DNA of 57,670 bases, taken from contig MU271286.1 of assembly GCA_021432655.1 (NCBI GenBank), forward strand, positions 49,213 through 106,882. Direction: 5' to 3'. Both the position numbers and the translations under genes were made by a program. This document shows positions 1 to 12,724 of the stretch, piece by piece. How positions within the stretch are numbered: position 1 is the first letter of the stretch; every line of letters begins with the position of its first letter. Origin of the DNA: Atractiella rhizophila (Eukaryota). The notes beneath the pieces were generated by a model. The model was not told the DNA's origin, did no database searches, and saw nothing but the letters and a program-made list of their open reading frames with translations.

Positions 1-2
1 CC

Positions 3-1100
3 GCGAGTGAGCGACCGGCGAACCCAACGCCTTCTGGTCGTTCACGACAACTAAGTACAGAGGATACAATAGGGCCATCTCCGATACGTGCTCAAGCTCA
101 TCAACTCAGCTCGGAAGAGATTGCGCCATCCCCCATTCGCCCATCCCGGCCTGAACCTGATCGTTCTCGTCAGTGGAAGGGGGTGGACGAGCCAGGATCG
201 TCTCCTTCTCCCCCTCGCCCAGTCAGAGCAGAAGGGAGGAACCATCTGCGCCAGTGGAGCGCTGGCGACGAGGTGCAACTCTCCCGGGTACACGAACCAC
301 GCACGTCGAACGAGACGGCTCCTCTTCTTCCTCTACGAGAGACGAGTCCAACGAATCTTCCCGCCTCACCTCCCATGATTTCAAGTTATTCTTCCTTCTC
401 CAGCACTACCCACGGCCCTCCTCGTCCGAAAAATGACACGAAACCGCTTTATATGTATCGATACACTGCCTCTCCCTCTGCGTCCTACACCAACACAGCG
501 TTAACTCGACATCCATCCGTTCCCCTCTTCTCCCCTCCTCCACACGCGATAGCGTCACCTCCAGTCCGCCGACGATCTTCCCTCGCCTCCCTCCCATTAG
601 CTACCCCATCCTCCTCTCAAGGTGCAGAAAGCGACTATATGTCTTGTTCATCCACCTTATCCCACAACACTCCGCCTCGAAAGACGAGTATTCCGGAGAG
701 CCTCGGTGCCAATGGGAGACAAAGAATTGAAGATAAGGTGAGGGAAGCCTTTAGAGTCCCCATGGCCGTAAAAGCGAAGTTGTTGAGAAGCCAAAGGAGC
801 GTCAGCGCTAGCACATTGAAGAAGGGAGGATGGGACTTCTTGGACGTGGCGGAAACGACACCGACCACCCCGACTAAGGAAAAGGTTGTTGGGCTTGGAT
901 TCGAGTTCGACGCAACCGCGGTAGGAGGCAAAGGCAGGAGCGTTAGATCGAGGAGTAGCTTGAATGACTTGGGGGGGAGAGGGATGAGAGATGATACCCC
1001 GCAGTTGTCCTCGGTGGAGAAAAGGCAAGGATTGATGAGGATGAACAGTGACGTATGTTCATCTTATTCCTTGTCTACCCCGAAGAAGCAAATGAACTGA
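3..1100 (+). CDS. Ser/Pro-rich low-complexity hypothetical protein, 5'-partial (frame open from the window edge)
   Basis: The frame of ORF 183..1100 has no stop back to position 3 (ASERPANPTPSGRSRQLSTED...). Differences from its duplicate at 2300-3074 are mostly synonymous, which supports coding status. Confidence 0.7.
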   Translation, partial: ASERPANPTPSGRSRQLSTEDTIGPSPIRAQAHQLSSEEIAPSPIRPSRPEPDRSRQWKGVDEPGSSPSPPRPVRAEGRNHLRQWSAGDEVQLSRVHEPRTSNETAPLLPLRETSPTNLPASPPMISSYSSFSSTTHGPPRPKNDTKPLYMYRYTASPSASYTNTALTRHPSVPLFSPPPHAIASPPVRRRSSLASLPLATPSSSQGAESDYMSCSSTLSHNTPPRKTSIPESLGANGRQRIEDKVREAFRVPMAVKAKLLRSQRSVSASTLKKGGWDFLDVAETTPTTPTKEKVVGLGFEFDATAVGGKGRSVRSRSSLNDLGGRGMRDDTPQLSSVEKRQGLMRMNSDVCSSYSLSTPKKQMN

Positions 1101-2298
1101 TTTGGTATCTACAGTCAAATTTTCAGAGAAGAACCCCGAGGTTAGGAGATGGAGGGTATGAGTTGACAGGCCACGTCTACCGCTACGCATCTCCACGAAA
1201 TTCGCCTCGCCTCACATAAAGAGGCAACCGTTATGTTCAACCATTGACAATCAACGTTCTCAAACCTGAGATTTAGCATCACAGATATCCATTTCGTTTT
1301 TTCGGCAACTTGCATTTGATTCTTTGGCAGCTTTTTATGACGAGTTCTCGGTCGTTTAGTCAACCGGGTATGATGTTTTCCTTGCGACCTCAGTTCACCT
1401 GGTTCGCCTGTTGTTGGTCCTCTATCTTATACAGTAGGTCTTATCTTGTCAATTCGTTAGTGGTCCATGCAGTTAGCAGCTGATTATGCGGGTTTCGGGC
1501 GAAAAGCGTTATTTTTTGTGGCAGTCAACATGCAATTAATATACACGAAGTAAAGCTGAAAACCAAAGGACTAAAATTTGCGTTATATTTGAAGAATGCC
1601 ATGCGCTACTTGTACACGATAATGGTACACGTTCAATATCCCAGATGGCGAACAAATGTTCAGTGATAGTCACACCACCAACTTTGCGCGGTCTCCTCAG
1701 ATAATCCTCCTCCAAACCTTCTGTACCATGTACCTAGCTTCGGTCTCTTCCTGCACCACGAGGGATGAACCTGGTCAGACTTGAACAAGAAAACGACACA
1801 AACCTCTTCAACAGCGTCCCTACTTCCGGTGTCCAAATCGATAGCACGAGGATCGATAAACGATGTTTGAAAGTAGACTCTGTATGCGATGAACAATACA
1901 AGGGAGACAATCTTTTGAAAGTAAGTAGTCAGAGAAAGGTCAAGCGATGATGGACGTGACGAGAGTGCTTACGATAGGGAGGTAAGAAACGATGAATCGG
2001 CCAGCGTCAAAGGCATCTATTGTTGTCCGCTTAAGAGAAGTCGCTCTCAACAGAATGGTGACCTACCTGTCAAGAATATGGCAAACCCGTTGAACTAGGA
2101 TCTTATTGAGCGGTTGCGATATAGGCACGGAGGCTAACGCTAACGTACAAACATGACGAGGGAAATCATAGCGAGCCCGTAATAACTCAGGTACGGCTGG
2201 AATGGCGCCGTGTATGGTATAGATTTCTGGTAATCCTGTACCTGCATAGCTTTGTGGAAACGCAGATAGGTAGCCTGCCTCCTTTGATTCAGAAAGGA
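326..2298. repeat. Tandem segmental duplication 1, copy A (about 1.97 kb)
   Basis: 326-2298 aligns to 2300-4270 (offset 1974, then 1972 after two 1-bp homopolymer indels) with about 20 substitutions counted by eye. Confidence 0.97.
1697..2298 (-). pseudogene. 5'-truncated duplicate of the amino-acid permease terminal exons
   Basis: Copy of 3669-4270 (ATYLRFHKAMQ...DPRAIDLDTG...KVWRRII*), with stop TGA instead of TAA and no upstream exons. Confidence 0.85.
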
Positions 2299-2299
2299 A

Positions 2300-3074
2300 T
2301 CTTCCTCTACGAGAGACGAGTCCAACGAATCTTCCCGCCTCACCTCCCATGATTTCAAGTTATTCTTCCTTCTCCAGCACTACCCACGGCCCTCCTCGTC
2401 CGAAAAATGACACGAAACCGCTTTATATGTATCGATACACTGCCTCTCCCTCTGCGTCCTACACCAACTCAGCGTTAACTCGACATCCGTCCGTTCCCCT
2501 CTTCTCCCCTCCTCCACATGCGATAGCTTCACCTCCAGTCCGCCGACGATCTTCCCTCGCCTCCCTTCCACTAGCGACCCCATCCTCCTCTCAAGGTGCA
2601 GAAAGCGACTATATGTCGTGTTCATCCACCTTATCCAACAACACTCCGCCTCGAAAGACGAGTATTCCGGAGAGCCTCGGTGCCAATGGGAGACAAAGAA
2701 TTGAAGATAAGGTGAGGGAAGCCTTTAGAGTCCCCATGGCCGTAAAAGCGAAGTTGTTGAGAAGCCAAAGGAGTGTCAGTGCTAGCACATTGAAGAAGGG
2801 AGGATGGGACTTCTTGGACGTGGCGGAAACGACACCGACCACCCCGACTAAGGAAAAGGTTGTTGGGCTTGGATTCGAGTTCGACGCAACCGCGGTAGGA
2901 GGCAAAGGCAGAAGCGTTAGATCAAGGAGTAGCTTGAATGACTTGGGGGGGAGAGGGATGAGAGATGATACCCCGCAGTTGTCCTCGGTGGAGAAAAGGC
3001 AAGGATTGATGAGGATGAACAGTGACGTATGTTCATCTTATTCCTTGTCTGCCCCGAAGAAGCAAATGAACTGA
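2300..3074 (+). pseudogene. 5'-truncated duplicate of the Ser/Pro-rich gene (ORF 2349..3074)
   Basis: Nearly identical to 326-1100; begins mid-exon at the duplication junction. Confidence 0.75.
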
Positions 3075-4270
3075 TTTGGTATCCACAGTCAAATTTTCAG
3101 AGAAGAACCCCGAGGTTAGGAGATGGAGGGTATGAGTTGACAGGCCACGTCTACCGCTACGCATCTCCGCGAAATTCGCCTCGCCTCACATAAAGAGGCA
3201 ACCGTTATGTTCAACCATTGACAATCAACGTTCTCAAACCTGAGATTTAGCATCACAGATATCCATTTCGTTTTTTCGGCAACTTGCATTTGATTCTTTG
3301 GCAGCTTTTTATGACGAGTTCTCGGTCGTTTGGTCAACCGGGTATGATGTTTTCCTTGCGACCTCAGTTCACCTGGTTCGCCTGTTGTTGGTCCTCTATC
3401 TTATACAGTAGGTCTTATCTTGTCAATTCGTTAGTGGTCCATGCAGTTAGCAGCTGATTATGCGGGTTTCGGGCGAAAGCGTTATTTTTGTGGCAGTCAA
3501 CATGCAATTAATATACACGAAGTAAAGCTGAAAACCAAAGGACTAAAATTTGCGTTATATTTGAAGAATGCCATGCGCTACTTGTACACTATAATGGTAC
3601 ACGTTCAATATCCCAGATGGCGAACAAATGTTCAGTGATAGTCACACTACCAACTTTGCGCGGTCTCCTTAGATAATCCTCCTCCAAACCTTCTGTACCA
3701 TGTACCTAGCTTCGGTCTCTTCCTGCACCACGAGGGATGAACCTGGTCAGACTTGAACAAGAAAACGACACAAACCTCTTCAACAGCGTCCCTACTTCCG
3801 GTGTCCAAATCGATAGCACGAGGATCGATAAACGATGTTTGAAAGTAGACTCTGTATGCGATGAACAATACAAGGGAGACAATCTTTTGAAAGTAAGTAG
3901 TCAGAGAAAGGTCAAGCGATGATGGACGTGACGAGAGTGCTTACGATAGGGAGGTAAGAAACGATGAATCGGCCAGCGTCAAAGGCATCTATTGTTGTCC
4001 GCTTAAGAGAAGTCGCTCTCAACAGAATGGTGACCTACCTGTCAAGAATATGGCAAACCCGTTGAACTAGGATCTTATTGAGCGGTTGCGATATAGGCAC
4101 GGAGGCTAACGCTAACGTACAAACATGACGAGGGAAATCATAGCGAGCCCGTAATAACTCAGGTACGGCTGGAATGGCGCCGTGTATGGTATAGATTTCT
4201 GGTAATCCTGTACCTGCATAGCTTTGTGGAAACGCAGATAGGTAGCCTGCCTCCTTTGATTCAGAAAGGA
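2300..4270. repeat. Tandem segmental duplication 1, copy B
   Basis: Starts TCTTCCTCTACGAG (as at 326) and ends TCAGAAAGGA (as at 2298). A single extra A lies at junction position 2299. Confidence 0.97.
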
Positions 4271-6250
4271 GGAGGCGGCGGTAGAAGACACACCAAAATG
4301 CCCCACCATGTCACCAACCCGTTAACAGAATTAAATGTCTGAAGACGCTGGAAGACTGTCCAGGCATCTGATATCAATATCAAGTATGTTAGAAGTCCGC
4401 TGAACCCCAGTTAGATTCAGCGGTGGCAACCGACGGCAAAAAAAAAACGTACAAGCTGCCAGTGATGACAAGACAGAGCCAAGGAAGCCCAAATCTGTTT
4501 GTCCTCAGCAACCAAGTTGGTGCTCCTCCACTGAGTGCAAGCCCATACAGCGATCTCGAGCTGGTATACAGATTGCTGGATCCCGCTGACCAAGCAGAAC
4601 TTTTTCAAAAGGTCATTACCGCATTACAGACGAGACTAAGCAGAAGGAACGAACCTGAGAATAGCAGCGTTGATTACAGAAGGTAGCCCTTTAATTCCGG
4701 CTCTCTTGATTGCAATGACAAAAGGTGAGCTCGCCGCAGTATCACCCCCGTTCAAGTTTCCGGGAAGGTCATCTTCGTTCGATGGGCAGAGTAGACCAAT
4801 TATGAAGACACCTATGTGACAGTTCCATCGATGCATTTTCACACAGGAAATAGAGCATACCAAGGATATAAAAGAGAAGTATGCGAATAAACAAGCGCCT
4901 GACAGCTCGGGGCAAAGTTCGTCGAGGATTCTTGGCTTCTCCAGAGGCGATGGCAATGATTTCAGTTCCATTGTAGGAGAAAGCTGCTTGTATCAAAACG
5001 CGCCAGAAACCTGCGAATAGTAAGCTTTTTGACAACTTGTGTGCGGGGATGGGCACATACCTAAAAAGCGGCCTTTTGCTCCTTGAATACCCAAATATTG
5101 CACAAATCTGTTCACTCAGTCGTCACAACGGATGATAAGAAGAATATATAAGACGGCGTACGGTCCAGGATCTTTCCAGAACTATACAACTTCACTCAGA
5201 CTTCGTTCTTTTCAAATGTAGGACAAAAAAGCATACGCGGAAGCCCAATCTCTCGCCTTGTGGACCTCCCCCTAGGTCAATCACGATCCCCAAAATGATT
5301 AACCCGACAATGGTAACGACCTTGATGGATCCAAACCAAAACTCGCTCTCTCCATACACACGAGCCCCACACGCATTGATTCCCAGCACGACGGCGAAGA
5401 GAATGGTGATCCACAGTGCATCATACTTCTCCGTCCCGCTCCAGAAGTGCACAAGCACGACTGCGGCTGCCAGTTCGACCGGGAGGGAGATGGTCCAATG
5501 TAGACAGTAGGTCCAGCCAAGCGAAAAGGAGAAGGCTGGATCGACCAGACGAGTCGCAAGTGCGATGTGACCTCCCTATTAATCGGTGGATTAGCGCTTG
5601 TTTCGTTGAGAGAGAAGGAACTGACTGGTAGGGGAAGGTGTGAAATCATGCTTCCTAGTGCCACCATCATGGCAATACTGATCGTTCCCCATATCCTGCT
5701 CGTCTTATGAACAACAGTTGAAGGAAAGAGCAAGACACACGAGTAACCGAGCAGCAAACCCAAAGGTCCTCCATTAGCTAACGACTCGCCGCTGCCTAAG
5801 AAGAGTCCTATTGACCAAATCTTTACTCCTTCGATAATTATTCGTAGCTAAGAATCTTACCAGTCCCGATAACACCTGCAATGGAAATCATGACCACATG
5901 CCTACCTCATCATGAGCTCGATGTCTCTCAAAGGAGAGTGGGACGAACCGCGGTTTCATCTCCCTTCTCAAGTTGCCTTTCAAGACATCATGCATCCCTC
6001 TTTCTGTATCCTTCTCCTCTCGTCCCACTCCAAAAGCCCAATCAATTTCTGTACCTTTCCGCCTCTTCACATCCGAGTCGAGCGAGCTGATAGAACCTCT
6101 GGTACGCACAGGCAGTCCATAAGTTTGATATCCAATATCCTCTTCTTCTGCTGAGAGCGAATGAATGGATGACACCTCAGAAGGAACATTGGGAGAGGAA
6201 ATGCGTTCCGAAGGATATGGGAGGCTAAGGTGTCTGTATGGGTCCTCCAT
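3669..6250 (-). CDS. Amino-acid permease, YAT family (APC superfamily), paralog 1, multi-exon
   Basis: Motifs RHVVMISIAGVIGTG, YGESEFWFGSIKV, AAFSYNGTEIIAIASGEAKNPRR and SSPFVIAIKRAGIKGLPSVINA. ATG at 6250 (MEDPYRHL); spliced C-terminus EETEARYMVQKVWRRII* with TAA at 3669-3671. Confidence 0.92.
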
Positions 6251-6339
6251 TCTGGTCAAAGTGTTAAACTGAAGCGAAGCGCAGGGAAGTGAAGTATAAT
6301 TCGAAAGACGAGACTTTTCTTATGGGTGAGCTTCCTTGA

Positions 6340-6660
6340 ACGATAAGCACTTACCCAGCTTCAAGTCGACGGCAGTCCATTGACCCACCCGCCCTCCTTC
6401 CGCCCTCCCAAGACCCCGATGCGACACAGCCTTGATAGAGACTCAGATAAGGAGGCTCTGAATGTTAAGAAGTGAAGATCGTGGGGAAGCAAAGCAGACA
6501 AATGGACGGCAAGAACGAGCTACCAGTGCAAGCTCGCCGGCATGCCCTGAGGATTGAGGGAGGTTGTTTGTGGTTCATCGCAATCAGCACGGGACGAACG
6601 AGAAGGACTCAAGGCGAATTTGAAGAAGACGGTGCAGAGTTGTCAATGTCTCTGGACCCG
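6340..6660 (-). promoter_or_regulatory. Permease 1 upstream region with GATA motifs, conserved with paralog 2
   Basis: GATAAG at 6342, GATAG at 6434, GATAAG at 6446. The block GAGGCTCTGAATGT...GAAGATCGTGGGGAAG is shared with 10240-10350. Confidence 0.5.
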
Positions 6661-7506
6661 CATAATTCTGGAAGCTTCAAGTTGCACCTGCCACGGCGAT
6701 TCCTTGCGCCTATGTAGCTCATTAGGAAGCTCAGAAGGATGAGACGATGAAGAAATATTGTCAATGAGCACAGAGGAGACTTTGTCCTCGTGTTGGGGCT
6801 GCATCCCATGTAAATAATCCTCAGAGCATTGATATCATTATCAGTTGATTGTATACTAGTAGCACTTCGCTAGCCTGCACTCACAAATGGCTTAGGTTCG
6901 GACAATTAACGTTTCAGCTGCACATACGATTTTAACTGCGATGGCACAGTGTCCAGTGAAGTGCCATATTTACAAATTTGCGACTACTGAAGGAAAATCC
7001 ATGTAGTGACCGCCACGAGAGGTAGTCAACCTTGACATGGAACTGGGCACAACAAGGCCAGTTGCCTTTGCAGCTACCCGCACATCTAAGATTCCAAGTG
7101 TTAGCGACAAACCTTGATAGGAGATGACTGGCTAAGCGATTTAGAATAATGAATACGACACAGATTGCCTTAGGAAACCTTCACCAATAGCTATGAATGA
7201 TCCTTATCCATTGCTCAAACATGCCGTCCAGTAACAAGCAGTGAAAGAGTCAATAGGCAACGAGCGAGTGACATCACAAAGATTGTCCCGCCTTGTAACT
7301 AATTGTTTGAATGTTGGTGAAAACATCGAATTCGGTGGGATACCCGCTGAGTATTAGAAGCTACTGAAGTGCATTATATTCGAAAGATGCCATGCGCTAT
7401 TTGTACAAGAAAATGGGTAATCAAATGTTCTAACAGCAGACAAATGTACACAGATAGCTATAGTTGTATACTCACGCCAGTCCATCTCTGTTCCATTTCG
7501 ACAGCC

Positions 7507-10091
7507 TTATATAAACCTCCTCCAAACCTTTTGGACCATGTTGCTGCCTTCCGTCACTTCCTGCATCACGAATAGTGAATACGTGTTGCGACTTGAGCAC
7601 GAGAGCGGCACTGACCTCTTCCACTGCGTCGCGGCTTCCAGTGTCCAAATCTATACTTCTTATATCGATAAAAGATGTCCGAAAGTACAGTCTGTAACCT
7701 GTGAACAGGGCAAGGAAGAAGAGCTTTGAAAGGAAGTAGTCAGCAAGTGGTCAGACGATTGATAGAGATATGAGGACGTACAATTGGGAGGTAAGAAACA
7801 ATGAAGCGTCCAACGTCAAATTTATCTAACATCACCACATCAGATCAGTTATTCTCAACGGAAACATGGCAAGTACCCTCCAAAAATATGGCAAAACCGT
7901 TGAACTGGGGTCTCCATAAGCATCTGATGCAACGGGAGAGAGGAATAACGCACAAACATGACCAGGGAAATCATAGTGAGTCCGTAATAACTGAGATACG
8001 GCTGGAATGGCGCTGTGTATGGTATGGATTTCTGATAATTTTGGATCTTTACTGCTTCATGGAAACGCAAATAGGTAGCCTGTACCTTTCCGCTTCAGAA
8101 AGGATGGAGGGCAGTGAATCACGCACAAGAATTCCCCACCATGTTATCAACCCAATGACAGAATTAAAGGTCTGAAGACGGTCGAAAACTGTCCAGGGAT
8201 CTGACACTAATATGATGTACGTTAGAAGCCCGCTAGGCTAGAGTCAGCACTAAGTTCCCACGTAGAGAAGCAGACGAACAAGCTGCCAGTTATGACCAGA
8301 CAGAGCCAAGGAAGCCCAAATTTGTTTGTCCTCAGCAACCAAGTTGGTGCCCCTCCGCTGAGCGCGAGTCCATAGAGAGATCTCGAGCTGGTATACAGGT
8401 TGCTGGATCCTGCTGACCAAGCAGAACTATTCCAAAAGGTCATTCTTGCATTATAGAGTAGACTAAAAAGAAAGAACGAACGTGAGAATTGCAGCGTTAA
8501 TTACGGAAGGTAGTCCCTTGATTCCGGCTCTTTTGATTGCAATGACAAAGGGCGAGTTCGCAGCGGTACTTTGTCCCTTAGCTACGCCGGGCAGATTCTG
8601 GTCGTTCGACGGACAGAGAAGGCCGATTATGAAGACACCTATGAAACAGGTTCAGCGATGCACTTTCAAGACGCGAAGAGAAGGGCGTACCAAGGATATA
8701 AAAGAGGAGTATGCGAATAAACAAGCGCCGGACCGCTCGAGGAAGAGTTCGTCGAGGATTCTTGGCTTCTCCGGAAGCCATGGCGATAATTTCAGTTCCA
8801 TTGTAAGAGAAGGCAGCTTGAATCAAAACACGCCAAAATCCTGGAAACAGGATTCGTCACTGAGGAACGGTGCGCGGACGAAAGGTCATACCTAGGAAAC
8901 GACCTTTCGCTCCTTGAATGCCTAAATATTGCACGAATCTGTTCCGAATTCATTAGAGAACAGGCTATGGAGAGAATATTTGGAAAACGAACGGTCCAGG
9001 ATTCTTCCAAAACTACATCATTCAGGTCAGACTTCGACCTTTCGTAGTTGCGAGCGGAGCGAGCAAACGAACCTGGAAGCCCAATCTCTCGCCTTCTGGA
9101 CCTCCTCCCAAGTCAATGACAATCCCCAAAACAATCAATCCGACGATGGTGACGACTTTGATGGATCCAAACCAAAACTCGCTCTCACCGTACACGCGAG
9201 CTCCGCACGCATTGATTGCCAGGACGACGGCGTAGAGAATTGTGATCCACAGCGCATCATATTTCTTCGTTCCGCTCCAGAAGTGCAAAAGCACGACCGC
9301 GGCCGCCAATTCAACTGGGAGTGAGGTCGTCCAATTTAGACAGTAGGTCCAGCCGAGCGAAAAGGAGAAGGCTGGGTCGACCAGACGAGTCGCCAGTGCG
9401 ATGTGACCGCCCTATTCATGGGTGGATTGGCACTTGTTTAGTCAAGGAAGAAGGAACTGACAGGTAGGGGAAGGTGTGAAATCATGCTTCCTAGTGCGAC
9501 CATCATGGAGATGGTGATCGTTCCCCATATCCTGCTCATCCAGTGAACAACAGTGGAGGGGAGAAAATATTGGACATACGAATAACCAAGCAGCAATCCT
9601 AAAGGTCCTGCATTGGCTAAAGACTGGCCACTGCCAAGGAAGAGACCTGTAGATCAAATCGTTACTCTTCCAGAATCTTTCGCACCGCAAACACTTACCC
9701 GTCCCGATCACACCTGCAACTGAAATCATGATCACATGTCTACCTCCCGCCTGAGTTCGAGAACGGTAAGAGTAAAGCGTGAAGGGACGAACCTCGGTTT
9801 CATCTCTCTCCTCAAGTTCCCTTTCAAAACAACATGCATCCCTCTCTTCGCCCGCCTGTCCTCCTTTCCAACTCCAAACGCCCAATCGACCTCCGTCCCC
9901 TTCCTCATCTTCATATCCATATCCAGCGAGCTTATCGAGCCACCGGTGCGCATAGGAGCTGCATACGTCTGGTATCCCACGCCCTCGTCTTCAGCTGGGA
10001 GTGAGCGGATGGATGAGGTATCTGGCGAGGCCAGATAATCCGTCTGTTGTGAAGGGTATCGGGAAGTAAGATGCCTGTAGGAGTCGCCCAT
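7507..10091 (-). CDS. Amino-acid permease, YAT family, paralog 2, multi-exon
   Basis: Same motifs and apparently the same intron positions as paralog 1. ATG at 10091 (MGDSYRHL); C-terminus EVTEGSNMVQKVWRRFI* with TAA at 7507-7509. Confidence 0.92.
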
Positions 10092-10159
10092 TCTGGTCTG
10101 ACAGCGAAGATGATACTTGAGGGCAGATAGAAGGAAGTGCAACAAAAGAAAAGAGCTGT

Positions 10160-10490
10160 TTTATATACGAGGCATATTATAGTACTACCTCTATTGATCT
10201 TTCAAGCTCCCTTCCGCCGTCCTCACAAGACGAATGTACGACACAGCTCGATAAACATTCTGATAAAGAGGCTCTGAATGTCACAAAGCGAAGAATCTTC
10301 GAAGATCGTGGGGAAGGAAGAGTCCAAATAAGACGCGGAGTACGAGCTGCTTGTTGGGCGGAATGCACGAAGGTTCAAAGAGTGTCACTCGCACTCAACT
10401 GCAGTTATGCAGCATCGCAATCTGGACGGAACGGACGTAAAATACTCGAGGAGAACTGAGGAACGAGGGTCCATGTCAATGTCCTTGGAT
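10160..10490 (-). promoter_or_regulatory. Permease 2 upstream region with TATA-like box and paired GATAA motifs
   Basis: TATATAA on the minus strand at 10161-10167; GATAA at 10250 and 10262; homologous to 6420-6660. Confidence 0.5.
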
Positions 10491-11707
10491 GAGAAGAACA
10501 AGTGAGCAAGAATGTTTTGATCATGTTGTAGCTGATCACGCCGCTGCATTGCGACCACGGATGCCCATACTGACGTCAGGCAGACGGCGCAATGCAAGAC
10601 AGATAGAAGGACGCTCTTCGCTCTTGTTTAGGTAAAGCTGAGGGACTCGTTCTACCCCCGCATTTCGCCCCTTTGTCCACAGGAGCAGTTATCTGCCTCA
10701 GGTTTCTCGGAAAGAAGGCCATTAAATTACCACTTAAATAGCTCGCTTAAGGTCATGACAATTATCATTCTACTGGATCCTTCTTCTTGAGGCGTTTTGC
10801 GTTTTAGAATATGACAACTCGAGACAAAGGCAATCTAATAAGAAACAGAAACATTGAACAGAATACGAGATAGAGGTTCGAAACATCGAAATGCCAATTC
10901 AACATGTCGATGTTCGCCTCAAAAGACTATCTTTGATGCTGTTCAAGGAACCTGTCATTCATTGGTCAATAAAAATATGAGGCGATGCAATCGGCGTAAG
11001 TGCTGAGATCGTTGAGAATTAGCACGCAAGAACTCCCCAATCAACCACAACTTCTCAAGAAGATGCCGAACGAGATCCAACGTAAAGGATAGCTTTGGTG
11101 GAAAATGATCTTTTTTTCATACCGAGCTGATGTATAAATGAGCTCATTTTAATTTTTTGGATTCCGGTGCTGGCTTCCAAATTGATGTTGGAGGAGAAAG
11201 TTAGACATAGCTAGCAGAGCCTTCGAGCTCTCACCTCCTTGGCTTCCGTTTGGACAAGACCGTCGAGTCTCCCTTTGCAGTACAAATATGCCTTTTGTCA
11301 GCTCCAAATAAATAGCGTGAGACCAAGCCCATGAATGCAAGCAAAATGACTGAGATGACCAAATGAGTCAGTCGGTCTACGGAGCGTCGGCCGAGTCATC
11401 AGACTCGATCAGCCTCTCTAAATTCCAACCACTTTGCAGTCTGTGTCCCTGCCACCAAGTTTGACCATTGCCCTGATAACTAGCAAAACAACGGCAAAGC
11501 AGCTGCAAAGTCACCACGCATAGAACCAACGCACGCTCACTCCTTCCCCTCACCCTCCTTCCGCTTACTCCCTCGCCCCGCCCTTTTCCCTGGCCTTCTC
11601 CCGTCACACGGAATATCACTAGGAATATCGCTTGGACAAGGAATAGGAATTGCAGTCAAAGCGGCGGTAGAGGGAGATATAGCGTAGCAAGTAAAGTAAT
11701 AGCCATC

Positions 11708-12632
11708 ATGGAAGGAGACTACACTTTTCCCTCCTTCCGTATCCGTCCTCTCCGCGGTATGTCCTCCTCTCTTCTCAAATCATTTACTATGGATTAAAAA
11801 TCATCAAAAAGACCCGCAAAAGACCCCGCTCATACTCGTCGCCTGCGGCTCCTTCTCTCCTCTCACCTTCCTCCACCTGCGCATGTTTGAAATGGCGCGC
11901 GACCATGCCCACTCCTACACCCCATACGAGGTCGTCGGCGGCCTCCTGTCGCCCGTCAACGACGCATACGGGAAGAAAGGACTGATCGAATCCTTCCACC
12001 GCTTCGAGATGTGTCGTCTCGCCTGCGCTCGGACAAGCGATTGGATCGCCGTCGACCCGTGGGAGGCGCGACAGGCGGAGTACACGCCGACGGCGAGGGT
12101 GTTGGACCATTTCGAGGAGATGGTGAATGGAGATGTAGATGCGGGAGGCATGGGCGGCGTGACTTGTTTTGTGCAGGATGGAGAGGGTGGGGAGTTGAGG
12201 GAGGAGAAGAGGAAGGCGAGGGTCATGCTTCTCGCTGGTACAGACCTCATTCAAACCATGTCTTCGCCCGGCGTTTGGGACGAGAGAGACCTTCATCATA
12301 TCCTGGGGATGTACGGCTGTTATATCATCGAACGAGCGAATTCGGAAGTCGACTCGGAAATCTTTGGCTCGTCGTCCGTTCATTCGAGGAACCTCTTGTC
12401 CCTCTACAAGGAGAACATCCACATGGTCCAACAGTTGGTCAGGAACGATGTGTCGAGTACAAAGATTCGTTTGTTCAGGAAGAAGGGGATGAGCGTAAAG
12501 TATCTCTTGCCGGACGTCGTCGAGGAGTACATTAGGAGGAACGGACTCTACCTGGACGAAGGTGGGAGCCCAAGTGTACGAAGGGCGGAGCTGGGGATGG
12601 CTTCTGGATCGATGACCGCGGTAGAGGAGTGA
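11708..12632 (+). CDS. NMA1: Nicotinamide/nicotinate mononucleotide adenylyltransferase (NMNAT)
   Basis: ATG at 11708, intron 11757-11811, then LVACGSFSPLTFLHLRMFEMARDH, SPVNDAYGKKGL and NDVSSTKIRLF...SVKYLLP. Confidence 0.95.
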
Positions 12633-12724
12633 TCCCCATCCTCTACCCTCTCATCCCTTTCACTTCTTGTCTCATGGTATCAGCTTGCGTTTTCTATCTC
12701 GTAAAGTCTTTCTGGTTTCACCTA

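Noticed and set aside
1660..3868. Apparent premature stop difference between ORFs 1660..1896 and 3647..3868 (SWWCDYH vs SW*)
   Set aside because: Those ORFs read through an intron. After splicing both end KVWRRII*, so the difference lies in the 3' UTR.
4437..4448. Poly-A run in permease 1 as a frameshift or retro-insertion
   Set aside because: It lies inside an intron (minus strand GTACGT...CTAAC...CAG).
10600..11350. Coding-like fragments upstream of NMNAT (also near 44500-44900 and 50200-50560)
   Set aside because: They contain multiple stops and give no coherent exon chain or recognisable homology by eye.
11787..12431. Long antisense ORFs over real genes (here over NMNAT; similarly 54443..55003 and 25763..26125)
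   Set aside because: These are shadow ORFs explained by codon bias of the true gene and have no recognisable motifs.
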